64,000 nt of DNA, from contig CBDDFZ010000001.1 in assembly GCA_965227515.1 (NCBI GenBank), positions 640,001 through 704,000 on the forward strand. Direction: 5' to 3'. Positions 13,196 through 27,474 of this stretch are shown piece after piece. Under the pieces are notes generated by a model. That model was not told where the DNA came from, made no database searches, and saw only the letters and a program-made list of their open reading frames with translations. The stretch comes from Alphaproteobacteria bacterium (lineage in GTDB: Bacteria > Pseudomonadota > Alphaproteobacteria > CALKHQ01). Position 1 is the stretch's first letter; the number at the start of each line of letters is the position of its first letter. The position numbers were made by a program, and so were the translations under genes.

Positions 13196-14224
13196 ATGAG
13201 CCGTATTTTCTCGGGCATCCAGCCGTCCGGCGACCTGCACCTCGGCAACTATCTCGGCGCGATCCGCAACTGGGTCGGCCTGCAGCACGAATACGAGTGC
13301 CTGTATTGCATCGTCGACCTGCACGCGATCACGGTGTGGCAGGATCCGAACGAGCTGCGCGAGAGCATCCGCGAGCTGACCGCGGGCCTGATCGCCGCCG
13401 GGCTGGACCCCGACCACAACATCATCTTCAACCAGAGCCAGGTGGCGGCGCACGCCGAGCTGGCCTGGGTGTTCAACTGCGTCGCGCGTATCGGCTGGCT
13501 GAACCGGATGACCCAGTTCAAGGAGAAGGCGGGCAAGCACCGCGAGAACGCCAGCGCGGGGTTGTTCGTCTACCCCAATCTAATGGCGGCCGACATCCTG
13601 GCCTACCTCGCCACCCACGTGCCGGTGGGCGAGGACCAGAAGCAGCACCTGGAGCTGACCCGCGACATCGCGCAGAAGTTCAACCACGACTACGGGGTCG
13701 AGTTTTTCCCGGTGGTCGAGCCGCTGATCTTCGGTGCCGCCACCCGGGTGATGAGCCTGCGCGACGGGTCCAAGAAGATGTCGAAGTCCGATCCCTCGGC
13801 CCAGTCGCGGATCAATTTCACCGACGATGCCGACGCCATCGCGCTGAAGATCCGCAAGGCGAAGACCGACCCGGAGCCGATGCCGGGGCCGGAGACGCTG
13901 GACGACAAGGGCAACCCGAAGGCCGAGGCGGCCGACGCGCGGCCCGAGGCGTTCAACCTGCTGTCGATCTATGCCGCGCTGGCGGGCACCGACCTTGCCG
14001 CCGCGGTGGGCGAGATGGCCGGCCAGCCGTTCAGCGCCTTCAAGGGCCGGCTGACCGAAGTGGCGGTCGAGGTGCTGGGGCCGATCGGGGCCGAGATGAA
14101 CCGGCTGATGCAGGACAAGGCGGAAATCGACGGCGTGCTGCATCGCGGCACCGAACGCGCCCGCGCGCTGGCCCAGCCGGTGATCGAGAAGACCTACGAT
14201 ATCGTGGGGTTGCTGCGGACCTGA
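13196..14224 (+). CDS. trpS: Tryptophan--tRNA ligase
   Basis: [31 protein letters not shown]. Confidence 0.97.
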   Translation: MSRIFSGIQPSGDLHLGNYLGAIRNWVGLQHEYECLYCIVDLHAITVWQDPNELRESIRELTAGLIAAGLDPDHNIIFNQSQVAAHAELAWVFNCVARIGWLNRMTQFKEKAGKHRENASAGLFVYPNLMAADILAYLATHVPVGEDQKQHLELTRDIAQKFNHDYGVEFFPVVEPLIFGAATRVMSLRDGSKKMSKSDPSAQSRINFTDDADAIALKIRKAKTDPEPMPGPETLDDKGNPKAEAADARPEAFNLLSIYAALAGTDLAAAVGEMAGQPFSAFKGRLTEVAVEVLGPIGAEMNRLMQDKAEIDGVLHRGTERARALAQPVIEKTYDIVGLLRT

Positions 14225-14276
14225 ACGTCGGCGTGGCCCAGCCGCAGGTTGAGAGAGGGCCACCCACCAAATCCAA

Positions 14277-14408
14277 TTGTCGTCCTTGGCCCGAGCCCAA
14301 CTCTTGGTTGGGCGAGGCGCCGAGGACCCATTCCCGATATCGCGCGATCCTAACCATGGATCCTCGACTCGGCGTCCATCTGACGATGGCGCCGGTCAAG
14401 GATGACAA
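14277..14408. repeat. REP-doublet-like element, family A (divergent copy)
   Basis: Inverted ends TTGTCGTCCTTGGCC / GGTCAAGGATGACAA, each arm a hairpin; lies between convergent trpS and atpC. Confidence 0.65.
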
Positions 14409-14465
14409 ATGGAATGGAGGTGAGCCGGCGGTCGGCGGACCGGGCGGCGAAGCGGGGCGATTGGG

Positions 14466-14873
14466 CTAGCCGGCAGCCTTGATCATGGCCTCATAGGCCG
14501 CGACCTGGCGCTGGGCGGCCTTGCGCCCGGCGTCGTCCTTGGCGTCTTCCAGGTCCTCGCGCAGGTCCTTCAGCTTGGCCTCGGCGGCGGCCCGGTCGAT
14601 ATCGGCCACCGCGACCGCGTGCTCGGCCAGCACGGTGCAGCGCTGCGGCGTGACTTCCGCGAAGCCGCCGGCGACGAAGATGCGCTCGGAAACCTCGTTG
14701 CGGGTCTTGTAGACGTCGATCACGCCGGGCCGGACGGTGGAGATCATCGCGGCGTGGCGCGGCAGCACGCCGAAATTGCCCTCGGCGCCCGGCACCACGA
14801 CCATGGCCACCTCTTCCGAGGCGAGCAGGCGCTCCGGCGAAACCAGTTCGAATTCCAGCGTTCCGTCAGCCAT
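14466..14873 (-). CDS. atpC: F1F0 ATP synthase epsilon subunit
   Basis: FELVSPER, PGAEGNFGVLPRHA, GGFAEV. Confidence 0.96.
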   Translation of the reverse strand: MADGTLEFELVSPERLLASEEVAMVVVPGAEGNFGVLPRHAAMISTVRPGVIDVYKTRNEVSERIFVAGGFAEVTPQRCTVLAEHAVAVADIDRAAAEAKLKDLREDLEDAKDDAGRKAAQRQVAAYEAMIKAAG

Positions 14874-14902
14874 GAGAGGCTCCTGCCCACTTTCCCAGCT
14901 TC

Positions 14903-14995
14903 GTCATGCCCGCACTTGTTGCGGGCATCCACGTCTTTCTACTTGGCCGCTCATGCGGCCATCTCGTGGATGGTCGGGTCAAGCCCGACCATGAC
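14903..14995. repeat. REP-doublet-like element, family A, between atpD and atpC
   Basis: GTCATGCCCGCACTTGTTGCGGGCATCCAC...GTGGATGGTCGGGTCAAGCCCGACCATGAC. Confidence 0.85.
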
Positions 14996-15009
14996 AGATA
15001 GTTCTTTCG

Positions 15010-17398
<2,389 letters not shown>

Positions 17399-17432
17399 GC
17401 CGGCTTCCGTCTGGCTTGCAAGAGCGTCGCGG

Positions 17433-18971
<1,539 letters not shown>

Positions 18972-18974
18972 GCC

Positions 18975-19532
18975 TTAAGCCCCTCTCATTGCAGTCTGCA
19001 GCCGCTGCAGCTGGCTGCGCACCGACGTATCGATCATCCGCGACCCGACCTGAACGACCAGCCCGCCGATCAGCTCCTCGTCGACCTCGAAATCCACACT
19101 GACCTTCGACCCCATCGCCTTGCGCAGGGCCTCGGTCACGCTCTTGGACTGTTCGTCCTTCAACGGTTTCGCCGACACCACCCGGGCGCGCTCCTCGCCA
19201 CGGCGGCGCGCCAGCTCGGCCAGATAGGCCCGGATCATCGCCGGCAGCGCGAACAGGCGCCGGTTGGCGGCGACCACGCCCACGAAATGCCTCACGATGT
19301 CGCCGATTTTGGCCTCCGCCAGCACTGCCTCCACCGCTGCGCCCTGTTGGTCGCGCGGCACCAGGGGGCTGCGCGTCACGGTGCGCAGGTCTTCGCTGCC
19401 CTGCAGCAAATCCTGGATGGTGGCAAGATCGGCGGCGACCGCATCATGCGCCTTTGCTTCATCGGCGAGGTCGAACAGCGCGGCCGCATACCGGCTCGCA
19501 AGTTCTGATACGCCTAGTCCTTCGACTGCCAC
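18975..19532 (-). CDS. atpH: F1F0 ATP synthase delta subunit
   Basis: ASRYAAALF, LIGGLVVQVGSRMIDTS; GTG start; operon position. Confidence 0.95.
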   Translation of the reverse strand: MAVEGLGVSELASRYAAALFDLADEAKAHDAVAADLATIQDLLQGSEDLRTVTRSPLVPRDQQGAAVEAVLAEAKIGDIVRHFVGVVAANRRLFALPAMIRAYLAELARRRGEERARVVSAKPLKDEQSKSVTEALRKAMGSKVSVDFEVDEELIGGLVVQVGSRMIDTSVRSQLQRLQTAMRGA

Positions 19533-19737
19533 GCTGCGATCCCTGACGCTCTTTCGGATAGCCTGTTCAGGAGGGTGCCGGACCCGCCCATTCAGGCAAG
19601 CGACAGCCCGCGGTCGGGGTCCCCGAAACCGGGGAGGTTGGTATCATACCGCCGCGGGGGGCGCAAGGCGTGCCGGCGCGCGTTTTCGGGCCAATTTTTC
19701 ATCATGCAGGGCGGCAAAAGCGCGCAACGGGCAGCGA

Positions 19738-20691
19738 TCAGCCAGCACCGTTGGCCGGCAGCGCGAACGAGGCGATCCGATCGCCCAGCAGGCAGCCGAG
19801 ATAAACCCGCCTGCCCGTTGGATGCCCCGATGAATGGAAGGCCAGGCTGGAGATGTTTTTCAGCGTGGTGTCGCCGACGTTGTCCAAATGCGGGCGGCCC
19901 ATGGCGTGGGCGCGATAGGCGGCCTCCACCCGGTCGACATGGGCGGGGTCGGGATCGGCCAGCACGGTCGACAGCGTGCCGTCCCGGTCCAGCCGCAGCA
20001 CGCTGTTGGAGACGATGGACACGATCCAGAGCCCGCGATCGGGCGCGAACGCCAGGCCGTCGGGAAAGATGCCGGTGCCGAACTCGGCCACGGTCTCGCG
20101 CGGGCCAAGGTCGCCGTCGGCGCGGATCGGCAGGCGCGACAGGCGTCGGGCGAAAGTCTCGTTCACGTAGAGCCATTGGCCGGACGGGTCGACCAGGCAT
20201 TCGTTGGTATAGCCCAGCCCGTCGGCGGCAATGCGCGCGTGGCCGCCCTCGATGCGCGCGACGAAGCCATCGGCGATGTCGCTCCGGTAGGCCGCGGCGC
20301 GCGGCTGGTGGCGGGTGCTGACCGTCGCCCAGATCCGCCCGGCGGCGTCGGCATGCACGAAGTTGGTTGGCGGCAGAGGCGCGCCATCGGCTTCCAGAGC
20401 GACCGGGCGGCAAGTGCCGTCGGCCGCCAGATGATAGATGCCGCCGTCCGTGTCGCCCAGGTGCGCGATCAAGTATCCACCATCTGGTGCGAGGCAGATG
20501 CCGTTGGGCTTGAGGGGAAACGATGTCGACAGGATGGTGTGCTGGCTGCCGTCCGGCGCGATGGTGGTGATGCCGCCGCGCCAGTCCGCGACATGCAGCG
20601 TGCCCGCGTCGTCGCAGACCACGCATTCCGGCCGGGCGAGGTCGCGCCCCACCCATTCGACGTCTGCGATGTCCAGTTGCAATGCGCCCAT
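19738..20691 (-). CDS. SMP-30/gluconolactonase family beta-propeller protein
   Basis: RPECV, PNGI, TNEC, YVNET, FPDGLAF motifs. Confidence 0.8.
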   Translation of the reverse strand: MGALQLDIADVEWVGRDLARPECVVCDDAGTLHVADWRGGITTIAPDGSQHTILSTSFPLKPNGICLAPDGGYLIAHLGDTDGGIYHLAADGTCRPVALEADGAPLPPTNFVHADAAGRIWATVSTRHQPRAAAYRSDIADGFVARIEGGHARIAADGLGYTNECLVDPSGQWLYVNETFARRLSRLPIRADGDLGPRETVAEFGTGIFPDGLAFAPDRGLWIVSIVSNSVLRLDRDGTLSTVLADPDPAHVDRVEAAYRAHAMGRPHLDNVGDTTLKNISSLAFHSSGHPTGRRVYLGCLLGDRIASFALPANGAG

Positions 20692-20738
20692 GCCCGCTTC
20701 ATAGCATGGTCGGTACGACGGGCCGGCAGGGAAGCGGA

Positions 20739-21776
20739 ATGGCGCAGGACAAACTTCGGGTGGCCGGCATCGGGGCCGGCTATTTCAGCCAGTTCCATTA
20801 CGACGCCTGGGCGCGGATGGACGACGTCGACCTGGTCGGCATCGCCGACACCGATGTCGGCAAGGCCGAGGCGATGGCCGGCGCACACGGCGCACCGGAG
20901 GTGTTCGCCTCGGCCGAGGCGATGCTGGATGCGGCCCGGCCCGATCTGGTCGACATCGTTACCCCGCCGGCGACCCATGCCGCCCTGGTGTCCCTGGCGG
21001 CGGCGCGCGGCCTGCCGATGATCTGCCAGAAACCGCTGGCGCCGACGATGGCGGAGGCCCGCGCCATCGTGGCGACGGCGGAGGCGGCTGGTGCGGACCT
21101 GTTCGTACACGAGAATTTCCGCTTCCAGCCCTGGTACCGCGAGATCGCCCGGCTGCTGGCCGGCGGCGCCTGCGGCGACGTGTTAAACGCAACATTCCGC
21201 CTGCGCCCCGGCGACGGCCAGGGCCCGGACGCCTATCTGGCGCGCCAGCCATACTTCCAGCAGATGCCGCGTTTCTTGGTCCACGAGACCCTGATCCACA
21301 TGGTCGACACCTTCCGCTTCCTGTTCGGCGAGGTGACGGCGGTGCAGGCCCATCTACGCCGCTGCAACCCGGCGATCGCGGGTGAGGATGCCGGCATCGT
21401 GGTGCTGGCGTTTGCCGGCGATACCGTAGGGACCGTCGACGGCAACCGGCTGGTCGACCACGCCGCCGAGAACACCCGGCTGACCATGGGCGAGATGTGG
21501 GTCGAGGGTACCGGCGGCACGGTGCGGCTGGACGGTGACGGCAACCTCTACCACCGCGCCCACGGCAGCACGGAAGAGCGCCGCCACGGCTACGCCTGGA
21601 CCAACCGGGCTTTCGGCGGCGACTGCGTGCTTGCCTGCCAGCGCCACATCGTCGATGCGTTGCGCGGAACCGGGCGGGCGGAAACCCGTGCCGCCGACTA
21701 CCTGCGTAACATCGAGATCGAGGACGCGATCTACGCGGCGGCCAAACAGGGCCGCAGGATCACGCTCGCCTTCTGA
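20739..21776 (+). CDS. Gfo/Idh/MocA family oxidoreductase
   Basis: GAGYFS, DIVTPPATH, ICQKPLA, HENFRFQP. Confidence 0.88.
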   Translation: MAQDKLRVAGIGAGYFSQFHYDAWARMDDVDLVGIADTDVGKAEAMAGAHGAPEVFASAEAMLDAARPDLVDIVTPPATHAALVSLAAARGLPMICQKPLAPTMAEARAIVATAEAAGADLFVHENFRFQPWYREIARLLAGGACGDVLNATFRLRPGDGQGPDAYLARQPYFQQMPRFLVHETLIHMVDTFRFLFGEVTAVQAHLRRCNPAIAGEDAGIVVLAFAGDTVGTVDGNRLVDHAAENTRLTMGEMWVEGTGGTVRLDGDGNLYHRAHGSTEERRHGYAWTNRAFGGDCVLACQRHIVDALRGTGRAETRAADYLRNIEIEDAIYAAAKQGRRITLAF

Positions 21777-22467
21777 AGAAAATCACCGCGATGACGATCA
21801 GCGCCAGGGCCAGCGCGTACCATGTCAGCGCGTATTCCAGATGGTCGTTGGCGAGGTCGACCACGACCGGCCCGCGCTCTGGCAACGGGTCGATGCCGTC
21901 CGGCGCATCGACATAAGCTTCCAGGCGCACCAGCACCGGCAGCAGGGCGTCCACGCCGGCGGCCTCGGCCATCGCTTCGCCGTCGAACGCGTGCCACAGA
22001 TTGCGGGCCGGGTCGTTGCCGGGCGTCATCCAGCCGGCCGTCAGCGGCACCCGCAGCACGCCGACGAACGAGACCTCGCCGGAGGGCGGCGCCAGTGCCG
22101 TGGCATCGCCGTCCTCCAACGGCACCCAGCCGCGGTCCACGAGCAGGGCGCCATCGGCATCGGCGGGCAGGAACGGCGACATCACGTTCAGGCCGGCGCG
22201 GCCGGCCTCCGACGCGCCGGGCATGAACAGCACGGCGGGCGCGAATTCGCCGGTCAGCGACGCGCGGACGAACTCCACGTCATCGCTCTCGATGGAGACG
22301 TCGCCGAATGCCACCGGGTCGGCGCCCAATCGCGCCTCGGCGGTGGCGACGATCTCGTTCTTCTCGCCCAGGCGGACGAGCTGCCAGGAGCCGAGCCCGA
22401 TCAGCACCAGCACCGCGACAGCGGCGGCGAATAGCTTCCAGGCGCGGGCTGAAGTACGTGCAGTCAT
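21760..22467 (-). CDS. surf1: SURF1 family cytochrome oxidase assembly protein
   Basis: LGSWQLVRL..K, LLVDRGWVP, NDHLEYALTWY. Confidence 0.92.
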   Translation of the reverse strand: MTARTSARAWKLFAAAVAVLVLIGLGSWQLVRLGEKNEIVATAEARLGADPVAFGDVSIESDDVEFVRASLTGEFAPAVLFMPGASEAGRAGLNVMSPFLPADADGALLVDRGWVPLEDGDATALAPPSGEVSFVGVLRVPLTAGWMTPGNDPARNLWHAFDGEAMAEAAGVDALLPVLVRLEAYVDAPDGIDPLPERGPVVVDLANDHLEYALTWYALALALIVIAVIFFRRRA

Positions 22468-22645
22468 TCAGGCGAAGGGCTCGGTCAATGGTTGCGAGGG
22501 GGCGGCACTCTCGGGGATGACGGGACCGATGGCAATTGCTTATCCTGAAGCGGGCCGCGTCATTGGCGATCCGAGCCAATTTGAAGCACCATATTGCTCG
22601 AGCGCATACTGCATCGATGTTGGCGTTGGGGGGGGCGCTTCCACC

Positions 22646-25237
22646 ATGCAAGCCACGATTCTGGGAGTCCTTTTTGGAGCCGCGGTTGCTGGACTGACCG
22701 CGAGTGCCGCGGCCGAGGTGCCGCTGACCTGTCCGGATTACGACACCCTGCCGCCCACCGCGCTCAGGGCGGCCCCGATCAATTTCGCCACCATGGGCCC
22801 CGGACATGAGCCCATGGAAGGCGTGCAGGGCTTCACCGATGCGGACGAGGTCATCTTCAGTCGGGGCCTCGAGTCCGAGGTCGCGGCCCTGGATGGCGAC
22901 GACACGGTCTTCGTCTACGACCCGCATGGCGAAACCTTCGTGGTGGGTGGCCGGGGCGCCGACACATTGGTGTTGTGCTCGATGCGTGCCTACGACGCCA
23001 TTCTGATACCGGGCGACTTCCACGCGCCGGACGAGGCTGCCGACACCATCGTCATACAGCCAGCGGTCTTCGCCAGCGGCACGCCCGGCTTTGCCCGCAT
23101 TATCAGCATCCGGTCGTTTATCGTCGGCGTCGATACGCTGGTCCTGCGTCTGCCGCCGGGCGCGGACATCTCTGTGGAGGCGTTGCCGGACTACAACCGG
23201 ACCGAAATCGTTGTCGGCGACACCCGGCTGGAAATCGATCATCCGCGCGAACTGGTGGAAGGCAGGCTCGATGGGTTCCTCAGCCTGGACAGTCCCAGCT
23301 TGGTGATCGAGACACAGACATTGCCACCCGGTCTCATGGTTGGCGTGGCCGAAGGGCCTCGCGATGCCCCACCCGGCTGCCCATCGCCCGAACAGCCGCC
23401 GAGCGGCGCGGTGACCTTCACTCCGGGTGTCGACCTTGGGCCAGGGCACGGACCGCCCGGAGATCCCAACCTGCTGACCACCGGCGACGACGTCGTGCTG
23501 GCGCAATGGCTGGCAACGGATATGCCGCTGGATGCGCGGCCCGGCGACGACACGATATTTCTGTACGAACCATACAACAACGCGCTGCCCAGCGCCGGAC
23601 CGGGCCGTGACGTCATTGTCGTCTGCTCGATGACGGAACTCGACTTGACGGTGTTCCCCAGCCGCGGCCGGACCGACGACGAGCCGGACACCATCGTCAT
23701 CGAAAGCGCGGCGTTCCAGAACATTCCGCAGGGATTGCGCCGGCATATCACGGTGTGGGCGTTCTTCGTGGGTGTCGACAGGTTGGTCCTGCGTGTGCCC
23801 GAGGACCTGACCGTCGCCACCGAGTACAACGATCTGCTGGGTGCCACCGATATCACGGTGGGTGACACGCTGGTCACTGTGCTGCATCCGCCAATCGGCC
23901 TGGACGAACGGGTGGCGCCGATGCTCGACCGACACAGCGACAGCCTGGTGATCGAGACCGTGGCGGCAACGGCACAGCCGACTGAGCACCTCCCCGACGC
24001 GGCACGCACGGTGCCGGAGGGTTGCCCCTTCTTCCACACCCTGCCCGCAGACGCCCAGATCCCGCCGATGGGATATGCCGATGTCGTCCCTGTGGACGGG
24101 CACCATGACACGTTCTTCGATCCGTTTGTTTTTACCAACGCCGACGACGTCATCTATGGCTGGCGCACAGAGCCGACCATCCAGGCGGCCGGCGGGGACG
24201 ACACCGTCTATCTCTACCATCCGCGCAGTGGCGCGTCGGTAACCGGTGGCCGGGGTGACGATGTGATTGTCGTCTGCTCGATGTCGGAATTCTACGTCGC
24301 TCTCTGGCCAAGCCGAGAACTGGACGACGATCGCGACATCGTCGTGATCCAGCCCCAGGCGTTCACGGCCATTCCGCTTGGTTTCCAGCGCACCATTCAG
24401 GTGTTCGACTTCCATCCCGCATACGACAGGCTGGTGCTGCGGGTTCCCGAGGCGCTGGACGTGACGGTTGAGCCCAGGCCTGGCACCTATAACGACACCA
24501 TCATCACTGTTGGCGCGACGACGGTGCAGGTGCTGCCGCCCCAGATCGCGGGCGAGGACGCACCGCTAGTGAACGTGGGGGACGAGGCGTTGGTGATCGA
24601 CAAAGTGGCCGGCGTCGCCATGGACGTGCCAGCGATCGCGGCGCCGCGCCCGACCCCGGCGGAATGCCCGGACGTCGATGCACCGCCGGCGGGGGCTGTC
24701 TTCACACCGACAGCCGAGGACGGCCTGCCCCAGGATCTCTACGATGGCGGCTTTCAGTACACTTTCACCTCCGGCGACGACGTGGTCATGGCCGTCCGGC
24801 CGCAAATCGGCCCGGAGGGTCGTGGCGGCGACGATACGATCTTCGTGTACGATCCGGTGGACGGGGCGGGCGCCATGAGCGGGCCCGGACGCGACATCGT
24901 GATGTTGTGCACGATGAGGGCCTACGCGGCCTTTTTCGACCTCCACGCCGATGCCGATCCCGACACCTTGGTCATAGAGGCAGCAGTCTTCGAGGGCATC
25001 GCGGACGGCTACCTTCGCGAGATTACGGTGCAGGGCTTTGTGGTCGGCGTGGACACGCTCGTGTTGCGGGTGCGGGCTGGAATGGATGCGATCGCTGAAC
25101 CGTTTCCGCAATATGGACAGTCAAGGGTTACCGTGGGGCGCACGGCGATCGTTGTCCGCCATCCATTCCTTCCCGACGGTGAGGCGTCCTTCTTGCGCGG
25201 AGGTCAGGCCAGTTTGGTGATCGAGCCCGCCTCGTAA
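22646..25237 (+). CDS. Secreted protein with four tandem ~215-aa repeats containing RTX-like G/D motifs
   Basis: Signal peptide MQATILG...ASAAA; repeats begin at CP codons 22730, 23378, 24023, 24665; GDDT(V/I)xxY, GxGxDxxxxC(S/T)M and (VGV)DxLVLR recur. Confidence 0.8.
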   Translation: MQATILGVLFGAAVAGLTASAAAEVPLTCPDYDTLPPTALRAAPINFATMGPGHEPMEGVQGFTDADEVIFSRGLESEVAALDGDDTVFVYDPHGETFVVGGRGADTLVLCSMRAYDAILIPGDFHAPDEAADTIVIQPAVFASGTPGFARIISIRSFIVGVDTLVLRLPPGADISVEALPDYNRTEIVVGDTRLEIDHPRELVEGRLDGFLSLDSPSLVIETQTLPPGLMVGVAEGPRDAPPGCPSPEQPPSGAVTFTPGVDLGPGHGPPGDPNLLTTGDDVVLAQWLATDMPLDARPGDDTIFLYEPYNNALPSAGPGRDVIVVCSMTELDLTVFPSRGRTDDEPDTIVIESAAFQNIPQGLRRHITVWAFFVGVDRLVLRVPEDLTVATEYNDLLGATDITVGDTLVTVLHPPIGLDERVAPMLDRHSDSLVIETVAATAQPTEHLPDAARTVPEGCPFFHTLPADAQIPPMGYADVVPVDGHHDTFFDPFVFTNADDVIYGWRTEPTIQAAGGDDTVYLYHPRSGASVTGGRGDDVIVVCSMSEFYVALWPSRELDDDRDIVVIQPQAFTAIPLGFQRTIQVFDFHPAYDRLVLRVPEALDVTVEPRPGTYNDTIITVGATTVQVLPPQIAGEDAPLVNVGDEALVIDKVAGVAMDVPAIAAPRPTPAECPDVDAPPAGAVFTPTAEDGLPQDLYDGGFQYTFTSGDDVVMAVRPQIGPEGRGGDDTIFVYDPVDGAGAMSGPGRDIVMLCTMRAYAAFFDLHADADPDTLVIEAAVFEGIADGYLREITVQGFVVGVDTLVLRVRAGMDAIAEPFPQYGQSRVTVGRTAIVVRHPFLPDGEASFLRGGQASLVIEPAS

Positions 25238-25301
25238 CGCCTCGAAGCTGTCGACCCCAGTGCCGCACCATACGGTGGACCCAGCGTGAGCGGGCCCTGA
25301 T

Positions 25302-25664
25302 CTACGACCCCTCGAAATCGCTCCGGCGGTGGCGGAACTGCAGCGCCACGACATAGGCCTTCAACGGCCGCATCGACGCCAGCGTCAGGCCGAGAATGAC
25401 CACGGGCCAGATGACGAGGTGGAGCCAGTAGGGCGGCTCGAACGTCGCCTCCACCCACAGCGCGGCGCCAACCACCACCGCGCCCAGCACGAACACCAGG
25501 AACACCGCCGGGCCGTCGCCACTGTCGTTCTCCGCCAGCTTCAGGCCGCAGACCTCGCAGGTGTCGACCACGGTCAGGTAGCCCTTGAACAGCTTGCCCT
25601 GGCCGCAGCGCGGGCACACGCATTTCATGCCGGCGCTCATCGGCGATGGCGAGAGGTAGCTCAT
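25302..25664 (-). CDS. DUF983 family protein
   Basis: CPRCGQGKLF, CEVCG, DSGDGPA; usual position after coxC. Confidence 0.88.
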   Translation of the reverse strand: MSYLSPSPMSAGMKCVCPRCGQGKLFKGYLTVVDTCEVCGLKLAENDSGDGPAVFLVFVLGAVVVGAALWVEATFEPPYWLHLVIWPVVILGLTLASMRPLKAYVVALQFRHRRSDFEGS

Positions 25665-25721
25665 CTTTGGGTCATGCGCCTGTCATTGGCCGACGTCGCC
25701 ACCCGTTGGGGTGCGGCCGGA

Positions 25722-26564
25722 TCAGCCGCCCCACCAGTAGACGGCGGCGAACAGGAACAGCCAGACCACGTCCACGAAGTGCCAGTACCATGCGGTCGCT
25801 TCGAACCCGACATGGTGCTTCGGCTTGAAGTGGCCGGCGGTGGCGCGGAAGAAGCATACGATCAGCGCGGTGGTACCGACCATGACGTGGAAGCCGTGGA
25901 AACCGGTGGCCAGGAAGAATGTCGACGGATAGATGCCGTCGGTCAGGCCGAACGACGCATGGCTGTACTCGATCGCCTGCAGCGCGGTGAACGCGAGCCC
26001 GAGCAGGACGGTCAGCCCCAGGCCGTAGACCAGATGCGGCCGGTTGTTCTCGATCAGCGCTTCGTGCGCCCAGGTCACGGTCACGCCAGAGGTCAGCAGG
26101 ACCAGCGTGTTGAGGAACGGCAGGTCGAACGCGTCGAACGCCTGGATCCCCACCGGTGGCCACGTGGCGCCGGTCACCTCGACACGGGTGTACTGGATGG
26201 CCTCGTCGTAATAGAGGCTGGCATCGAAGAACGCCCAGAAGAACGCGGCGAAGAACATCACCTCCGAGGCGATGAACAGCGCGATGCCGTAGCGATGGCC
26301 CAGCGCGACGACCGGGTTGTGGTGGCCCTCGTGCTCGGCCTCCCTCACCACGTCACGCCACCACAGGAACATGGTCAGGAACACCAGCGCCAGGCCGATC
26401 AGGAACAGCCACATGCTGCCGTATTCGTCGCTGCCTTCCTCGACCGGCTTCATCGCGATGATGGCGCCGAACAGCATGATGCCGCCCGAAAACGCGCCCA
26501 ACAGCGGCCAGGGGCTGGGATTGACCAGGTGGTAGGGATGATTGGGCTTTGCGTGCTCTGCCAT
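25722..26564 (-). CDS. ctaE: Cytochrome c oxidase subunit III
   Basis: HPYHLVNPSPWP, SEVMFF, TGFHGFHV, WYWHFVDVVWL. Confidence 0.96.
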   Translation of the reverse strand: MAEHAKPNHPYHLVNPSPWPLLGAFSGGIMLFGAIIAMKPVEEGSDEYGSMWLFLIGLALVFLTMFLWWRDVVREAEHEGHHNPVVALGHRYGIALFIASEVMFFAAFFWAFFDASLYYDEAIQYTRVEVTGATWPPVGIQAFDAFDLPFLNTLVLLTSGVTVTWAHEALIENNRPHLVYGLGLTVLLGLAFTALQAIEYSHASFGLTDGIYPSTFFLATGFHGFHVMVGTTALIVCFFRATAGHFKPKHHVGFEATAWYWHFVDVVWLFLFAAVYWWGG

Positions 26565-26614
26565 CGTGGTGCTCTGATCTGTGCCTGGGCCGCCCAGGGC
26601 GATGCGCGTTGGTG

Positions 26615-27253
26615 CTAGTTGTAGCTCAAAGAATCGGGCTGCGCGACCGCGCTGGTCTGCGTCGCATCGTCCCGCGTTTCCGGCGGGGGCATGTAGACGT
26701 AGGTCAGCGTAATGTCGGTCACGTCGTCCATGTTCGGGTCGTCGTCGAGCGCGGGGTCGAGGTAGAAGGCGACGGCCAGTGGCACGGTATCACCGGGCTG
26801 GATCGTCTGCGCCTCGAAACAGAAGCACTCGACCTTCACGAAGTACTGACCGGCCTTGGCCGGAGTCACGTTGAACACCGCGGTGCCGGTGGTCGGTCGC
26901 GAACTCAGGTTCTCCGCCTCATAAAACGCGATCACGTCGCGGCCGACCTGCACGTCGATGTGCTTCTGCGTCTCGGTGAAGCGCCAGGCCAGGCCAGGCG
27001 ACACTTCGGCGTAGAAGCTGACCTCGATGGTGCGGTCGATCGGCACGACCTGGCGGTCAGCGGCGTTCTCCACCTGCGGCGTGCCACCGAAGCCGGTCAC
27101 GCTGCAGAACAACTCGTAAAGCGGCACGGCGGCGAACGACAGCCCGGCCATGCCGACGGTCAGTCCGGCAAGCAGCAGCGCGGTCGAGCCGGCGCGTCGC
27201 GCCGGTGCCGGCGCGGTCCCGGCGGGTCCGTCGGTGTGCGCCCGGTCAGCCAC
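26615..27253 (-). CDS. ctaG: Cytochrome c oxidase assembly protein CtaG/Cox11
   Basis: VPLYELFCSVTGFGG, KVECFCF. Confidence 0.93.
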   Translation of the reverse strand: MADRAHTDGPAGTAPAPARRAGSTALLLAGLTVGMAGLSFAAVPLYELFCSVTGFGGTPQVENAADRQVVPIDRTIEVSFYAEVSPGLAWRFTETQKHIDVQVGRDVIAFYEAENLSSRPTTGTAVFNVTPAKAGQYFVKVECFCFEAQTIQPGDTVPLAVAFYLDPALDDDPNMDDVTDITLTYVYMPPPETRDDATQTSAVAQPDSLSYN

Positions 27254-27419
27254 CGGCGGTATCCAGCTTGACCACGGTGATGACGTAGAACGCGATCGCC
27301 AGCACGGCGAGCACCGCCAGCAAGGCGGTATTGCGCTGCCGGCGCTTGCGCTCGAACGCGGCCTTTTCCTCGGCGGTCATCGATACGGTCTGCTGTGTCA
27401 CGGGGTCACGTTCCGTCAT
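27246..27419 (-). CDS. Small membrane protein (CoxF-like); start uncertain
   Basis: RRQRNTALLAVL...FYVITVVKL; lies between ctaB and ctaG. Confidence 0.7.
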   Translation of the reverse strand: MTERDPVTQQTVSMTAEEKAAFERKRRQRNTALLAVLAVLAIAFYVITVVKLDTAGG

Positions 27420-27474
27420 GGTCCGTTGGGTCATTGAGTATTGGCTCACTCGGAAAACTGGCTCACTGACTGGC

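Noticed and set aside
8546-14469. Very long ORFs 8546-12784 (-) and 10048-14469 (+)
   Set aside because: Shadow frames of glnD/murJ/trpS caused by high GC content; low-complexity Arg/Gly/Ala-rich translations with no motifs
22001-22645. N-terminal extension of the 1078-aa ORF
   Set aside because: Overlaps surf1 antisense; a signal peptide begins at ATG 22646
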